Positions 60,231-64,000 of a DNA stretch of 64,000 nt are shown piece by piece. The stretch comes from an uncultured Oscillibacter sp. (GTDB taxonomy: Bacteria; Bacillota; Clostridia; Oscillospirales; Oscillospiraceae). Position 1 is the stretch's first letter, and every line of letters begins with the position of its first letter. The stretch lies in NCBI RefSeq assembly GCF_934574045.1, contig NZ_CAKTMK010000004.1. One strand, 5' to 3'. The notes beneath the pieces were generated by a model. The model saw only the letters and a program-made list of their open reading frames with translations, had not been told where the DNA came from and ran no database searches. The position numbers were made by a program, and so were the translations under genes.

Positions 60231-61862
60231 ATGGCAGGCTTTTGCAGATTCCGCGCCGCCGCCGCGCTGGCGCTGGCGGCGGCTTCGCTGGTCCAGAGCG
60301 CAGCCGGCGCGCCGTTTTCCGACACGGAGGGCCACTGGGCGCAGAGCGCCGTTGAGAAATGGAGCGGGGAGTACGGCGTGCTCAACGGCTATGAGGACGG
60401 CTCGTTCCACCCGGACGATCCCATCACCCGCGGCGCGTTCGCGGGCATCCTGAACCGCTTTCTGCGGTATCAGACGGCGTCGCCCGCCGGGACGTTCAGC
60501 GACACGGACGGCGCGTACTGGGAGGACGCCATCCTCCGGCTCCACGCCGCGGGCGTGTATCTGGGCACGGACGGCGCGGCGCGGCTGACCGCAAACATCA
60601 CCCGCCAGCAGGCGGTGACGATGGTGGGTCGGGCGTTTCAGCTCCCGCAGGCGGACGCCGTTCCGGCCTATGCCGACGCGGAGCAGATCGAAAGCTACGC
60701 CGCCGGGTACATCGGCACGCTGGCGGAGCGGGGCTGCATCACCGACGTGGGCGCGGACAACCGCTTCCGGCCCACGGACCCCATCACCCGGGCGGAGTTT
60801 GTGAACCTGCTGAACAACATGATCGGCAGTCTCATCCAGACCACCGGCGAGTATTCCGGCGACAGGACGGGGACGCTGATGGTGAACGCCGCCGACGGCG
60901 CGACCCTGCGGGACATGAAGATCGACGGTGATCTGATCGTGGCGCCCGGCGTCATTGGCGGCATCGTGCTTCAGGACGTGACGCTGACGGGCAGCATCCT
61001 GAATCTGGGCAATGCCCCCATCGACCAGTTTGCCACGCCGCCCAAGGAGGACACCGGCGGCTCCGGCACGGCGGCGCCCGTTCCGGACCTGAACTGGACC
61101 TATATCACCCTGCCGGACGGCAAGCAGATCCCGTATTACGAGGGCGTGCCGGTGAGCACTTTCGGCGAGGGCAGCTTTTACTGGAACGAGGCCGGGCGGC
61201 TGGTGTACGCCGGGAAGGACTTTTCCACCCGCTTCGGCATCGACGTGTCCGCCTACCAGAACCGGGCCATCCCGGATAAGACCATCGACTGGAACGCCGC
61301 GAAGGCCGACGGCGTGGAATACGCTTTCGTCCGCATCGGCCTGCGGGGGACCAGCACCGGCGGTCTGAACGCCGACGCGTTCTACGCCCAGAATCTGGAC
61401 GGCGCCGCCGCCGCGGGCATCGACACGGGCGTGTACTTCTTCTCGCAGGCCATCACGGTGGAGGAAGCCGTGGAGGAGGCCAATTACGTGCTCTCCCTGC
61501 TGGGCGGGCGGCAGCTTGCCTGCCCGGTGGCCTACGACTGGGAGATGCACGACAGCAGCTACCGCGTGTACGGCATCAGCGCCGCCATGGCCACCGCCTG
61601 CGCCAAGGCGTTCTGTGAGACCATCGAGGCGGCGGGCTACCGCGCCATGGTCTATACCAGCAGCTACGTGGCTTATAACAAATTCGATCTGTCGGCACTC
61701 TCCGCTTACCCCATCTGGTACCCGGAGTACAAGTCCGCCGACTCCACCGTGCTGTATCCCCAGCTCTACTACCGGCCCAACTACTGGCAGTACACCAGCA
61801 AGGGCAGCGTGGCCGGACTGAGCGGCAGCGTGGATTGCAGCCTGCAATTCATTCCCAACTGA
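60231..61862 (+). CDS. SLH-domain glycoside hydrolase family 25 (lysozyme/muramidase) cell-wall hydrolase
   Basis: Signal peptide. SLH repeats (FSDTEGHWAQSAVEKW, FSDTDGAYWEDAI, YADAEQIESYAAGYI). C-terminal GH25 domain (GIDVSAYQNRAIPDKTIDWNAAKADGVEYAFVRIG ... DTGVYFFS). Confidence 0.85.
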   Translation: MAGFCRFRAAAALALAAASLVQSAAGAPFSDTEGHWAQSAVEKWSGEYGVLNGYEDGSFHPDDPITRGAFAGILNRFLRYQTASPAGTFSDTDGAYWEDAILRLHAAGVYLGTDGAARLTANITRQQAVTMVGRAFQLPQADAVPAYADAEQIESYAAGYIGTLAERGCITDVGADNRFRPTDPITRAEFVNLLNNMIGSLIQTTGEYSGDRTGTLMVNAADGATLRDMKIDGDLIVAPGVIGGIVLQDVTLTGSILNLGNAPIDQFATPPKEDTGGSGTAAPVPDLNWTYITLPDGKQIPYYEGVPVSTFGEGSFYWNEAGRLVYAGKDFSTRFGIDVSAYQNRAIPDKTIDWNAAKADGVEYAFVRIGLRGTSTGGLNADAFYAQNLDGAAAAGIDTGVYFFSQAITVEEAVEEANYVLSLLGGRQLACPVAYDWEMHDSSYRVYGISAAMATACAKAFCETIEAAGYRAMVYTSSYVAYNKFDLSALSAYPIWYPEYKSADSTVLYPQLYYRPNYWQYTSKGSVAGLSGSVDCSLQFIPN

Positions 61863-61930
61863 GCGGACGGAGCTTCCCGAAGCGCGGCGCGCTCCGCCGC
61901 CCGGTCCGCGAAAAGCAGAAACGATGGAAA

Positions 61931-61976
61931 CCGCCCCCGGACGCAGCGCGCGCTGCGTCCGGGGGCGGCTTTGGTG
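61931..61976 (+). terminator. GC-rich terminator hairpin after GH25 gene
   Basis: Stem ccgcccccggacgcagcg/cgctgcgtccgggggcgg followed by CTTTGGTG. Confidence 0.6.
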
Positions 61977-62087
61977 CGGCGGGGGAACGGGCGCTCGGAC
62001 AGGTGGGCGGAGAAAAAGACCGCCGGGGAATGAGGTCTTCCGGGGGCGGACAGCTGCGGTGGGCGCGGCGGAGCGGGGAGCGCCCCG

Positions 62088-62128
62088 CCAAAAGCCGGAG
62101 CGGCGCCGCATCGGCAGCGCCGCTCCGG
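62088..62128 (-). terminator. terminator of glyA (minus strand)
   Basis: Stem ccggagcggcgc/gcgccgctccgg, followed by CTTTTGG on the minus strand. Confidence 0.55.
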
Positions 62129-62178
62129 TTGAAGCACGACCGTTCCCGCCCGGGCGGCTCTAGACCGGCGGGCAGAAA

Positions 62179-63426
62179 TTACTGATAGAGGGGGAACGCC
62201 TCGCACAGGGCGTTGACCTCCGCCTTGACCTGTGCGGCGGTCCCGTCGAAGTCCCGGGCGACCTCGCCCAGCCAGTGGGCGATCTTCGCCATCTCCGGCT
62301 CCTTGAAGCCCCGGGAGGTGACGGCGGGGGTGCCCACCCGGATGCCGGAGGTGACGAAGGGCTTTTCCGGGTCGTTGGGGATGGCGTTTTTGTTGACGGT
62401 GATCTGGACCTCGTCCAGCCGGCGCTCAAACTCTTTACCGGTGATGTGGAAGTTGCGCACATCCACCAGCATCAGGTGGTTGTCCGTGCCGCCGGAGACG
62501 AGCTGGAAGCCCTCCTTCACAAGACCCTCCGCCAGCGCGGCAGCGTTTTTCACCACCTGCTGCTGGTAGGTCTTGAATTCCGGCTTGAGCGCCTCGCCGA
62601 AGCAGACGGCCTTGGCGGCGATGATGTGCTCCAGCGGGCCGCCCTGCGTGCCGGGGAACACGGCGGAGTTGATTTTCTTGAACAGATCGTCGTCGTTGCA
62701 CAGGATCATGCCGCCCCGGGGGCCGCGCAGGGTCTTGTGGGTGGTGGTGGTGACCACGTCGGCGTAGGGAATGGGGGAGGGGTGGACGCCCGCGGCCACA
62801 AGGCCCGCGATGTGGGCCATGTCTACCATCAAATACGCGCCCACTGCGTCGGCCACCTCGCGGAACTTGGCAAAGTCGATGATCCGGGGATAGGCGGACG
62901 CGCCCGCCACGATCAGCTTCGGGCGGCACTCCTGCGCGGTCTTCATCAGCGCGTCGTAGTCGATGCGCTCCGTCTCGTCGTCCAGCCCGTAGGGGACGAT
63001 GTTGAAGTATTTTCCGGAGATGTTCACGGGGCTGCCGTGGCTGAGGTGGCCGCCGTGGGCCAGATTCATGCCCATCACGGTGTCGCCGGGCTTGACCAGC
63101 GCGAAGAACGCGGCCAGATTGGCGTTGGCCCCGGAGTGGGGCTGGACGTTGGCATGCTTGCAGCCGAACAGCTCACAGGCCCGGTTCCGGGCAATCTCCT
63201 CCGTCACGTCCACGGCGTAGCATCCGCCGTAGTACCGGTGGCCGGGATAGCCCTCGGCGTACTTGTTGGTCAGGCAGGTGCCCATCGTCATCATCACGGC
63301 CTCGCTGACGATGTTCTCGCTGGCGATCAGCTCGATGTTGCGGCACTCCCGGGCGAACTCCTCCCGAATGGACGCGCCGACCTCCGGATCATACCGGGAA
63401 ATAAAATCCATGGATTCACGCAGCAT
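62179..63426 (-). CDS. glyA: serine hydroxymethyltransferase
   Basis: 415 aa. PLP-lysine region [20 protein letters not shown] family along its whole length. AAGGAG RBS 8 nt upstream. Confidence 0.95.
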   Translation of the reverse strand: MLRESMDFISRYDPEVGASIREEFARECRNIELIASENIVSEAVMMTMGTCLTNKYAEGYPGHRYYGGCYAVDVTEEIARNRACELFGCKHANVQPHSGANANLAAFFALVKPGDTVMGMNLAHGGHLSHGSPVNISGKYFNIVPYGLDDETERIDYDALMKTAQECRPKLIVAGASAYPRIIDFAKFREVADAVGAYLMVDMAHIAGLVAAGVHPSPIPYADVVTTTTHKTLRGPRGGMILCNDDDLFKKINSAVFPGTQGGPLEHIIAAKAVCFGEALKPEFKTYQQQVVKNAAALAEGLVKEGFQLVSGGTDNHLMLVDVRNFHITGKEFERRLDEVQITVNKNAIPNDPEKPFVTSGIRVGTPAVTSRGFKEPEMAKIAHWLGEVARDFDGTAAQVKAEVNALCEAFPLYQ

Positions 63427-63623
63427 AGCAAATACTCCTTATTTTATGAGATCCCCGCGGGGGCGGGCGCTCCGGCGGACGCCGGAAAAATCATGATTTT
63501 CTAGTATAGCACGGCCCGTCCCGTTTGGAAAGGCCGCGGCGCGGTTTTTGCGGAGTTTTTTGCGGAAAACGGGCAAAATATGGGCCGAACCGCGGAAAAT
63601 CGCGGCGGTTCGGCCCTCCGGCC

Positions 63624-63652
63624 TTGACAAACGGGGCGGCGGCGGTTATACT
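63624..63652 (+). promoter_or_regulatory. promoter candidate for second T-box leader
   Basis: TTGACA (63624-63629), 17 nt, TATACT (63647-63652). Confidence 0.5.
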
Positions 63653-63659
63653 AAACTGT

Positions 63660-63914
63660 AAATATCGCAAACGCGATGATGGAGAGCAGTACCCGCGTGC
63701 GGACGCGCAGAGAGAGGGCGGTCGGTGCAAGCCCCCGGGAAGTCCGCGGAGAAGTCGCTCCGGAGCCTTGCGCCGAAGGACAGTAGGCGTCAACGGGTCC
63801 TCCCGTTACAGAGGAGCGGCGCGGCTGCGCCGCATGAGCGCGGGTTTTCCCGAATGCAGGTGGTACCACGGACTTTTGTTCGCCCTGAGCCGAGACGGCT
63901 CGGGGCGTTTTTTT
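63660..63914 (+). ncRNA. T-box riboswitch leader (controls gene starting at 63950, identity unknown)
   Basis: T-box sequence AGGTGGTACCACGG at about 63858-63871. Terminator stem cgccctgagccg/cggctcggggcg plus TTTTTTT (63881-63914). Shares the block CGGG(A/T)CCTCCCGTTACAGAGGA with the thrS T-box. Confidence 0.65.
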
Positions 63915-63949
63915 GTCCGTCCCGAAAACAGAAAAAGAATGGAGAGCTT

Positions 63950-64000
63950 ATGGAACGGTTTGTGTTTGATACGACGCAGGGCGCCGTGCTGGATGCGGCG
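63950..64000 (+). CDS. 5' end of unidentified T-box-regulated gene (MERFVFDTTQGAVLDAA...), truncated by window edge
   Basis: ATG at 63950, 11 nt after the GGAGAG-containing tract, immediately downstream of a T-box terminator. Too short to identify. Confidence 0.3.
   Translation, partial: MERFVFDTTQGAVLDAA

Noticed and set aside
63573-63607. Perfect 12-bp-stem hairpin (gggccgaaccgc...gcggttcggccc) upstream of the second T-box promoter
   Set aside because: No gene ends next to it on either strand within the window, and it has no U-tract on the plus strand. It may be an upstream promoter element or the terminator of a transcript from outside the window, so it cannot be assigned.

Overview
This 64 kb window is a high-GC (about 65%) Firmicutes/Clostridia-type chromosomal segment, Oscillospiraceae-like in gene order and codon usage. 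Most of it is densely packed core housekeeping genes.

Core gene blocks: potABCD (minus strand); rluA-family; yceD-rpmF; der-plsY-gpsA; rpmB; the conserved hprK-ROK kinase-murB-rapZ-yvcK-whiA block with a CAT-family acetyltransferase translationally coupled to whiA; dnaE; metY-metA behind a putative S-box (SAM) riboswitch; ecfA1-ecfA2-ecfT-truA; cvpA; clpE; trmO; T-box-controlled thrS; pyruvate carboxylase; a TAXI-type TRAP transporter; a MacAB-like tripartite efflux set; two SLH-domain cell-wall proteins, one a GH25 muramidase; glyA; and a second T-box leader at the right edge.

Accessory-looking material is concentrated in the left 8 kb. A MerR divergon (DHFR-like, cupin, CMD, aldo/keto reductase) is followed by an orphan type I-C-like CRISPR array of 17 repeats and 16 spacers on the minus strand. 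No cas gene occurs anywhere in the window. The array leader abuts a three-gene module of unknown function: a secreted clan-CD C11 clostripain-like peptidase with a very unusual Trp/Asp/Glu/Tyr-rich C-terminal tail, a polytopic membrane protein with a C-terminal LOR/tubby-like (YxjI-like) domain, and a lipoprotein. This module is the best candidate for something undescribed in the window.

All other loci look ordinary. Several regulatory RNAs and attenuator-like hairpins are noted. No rRNA, tRNA, transposase or integrase genes were found.
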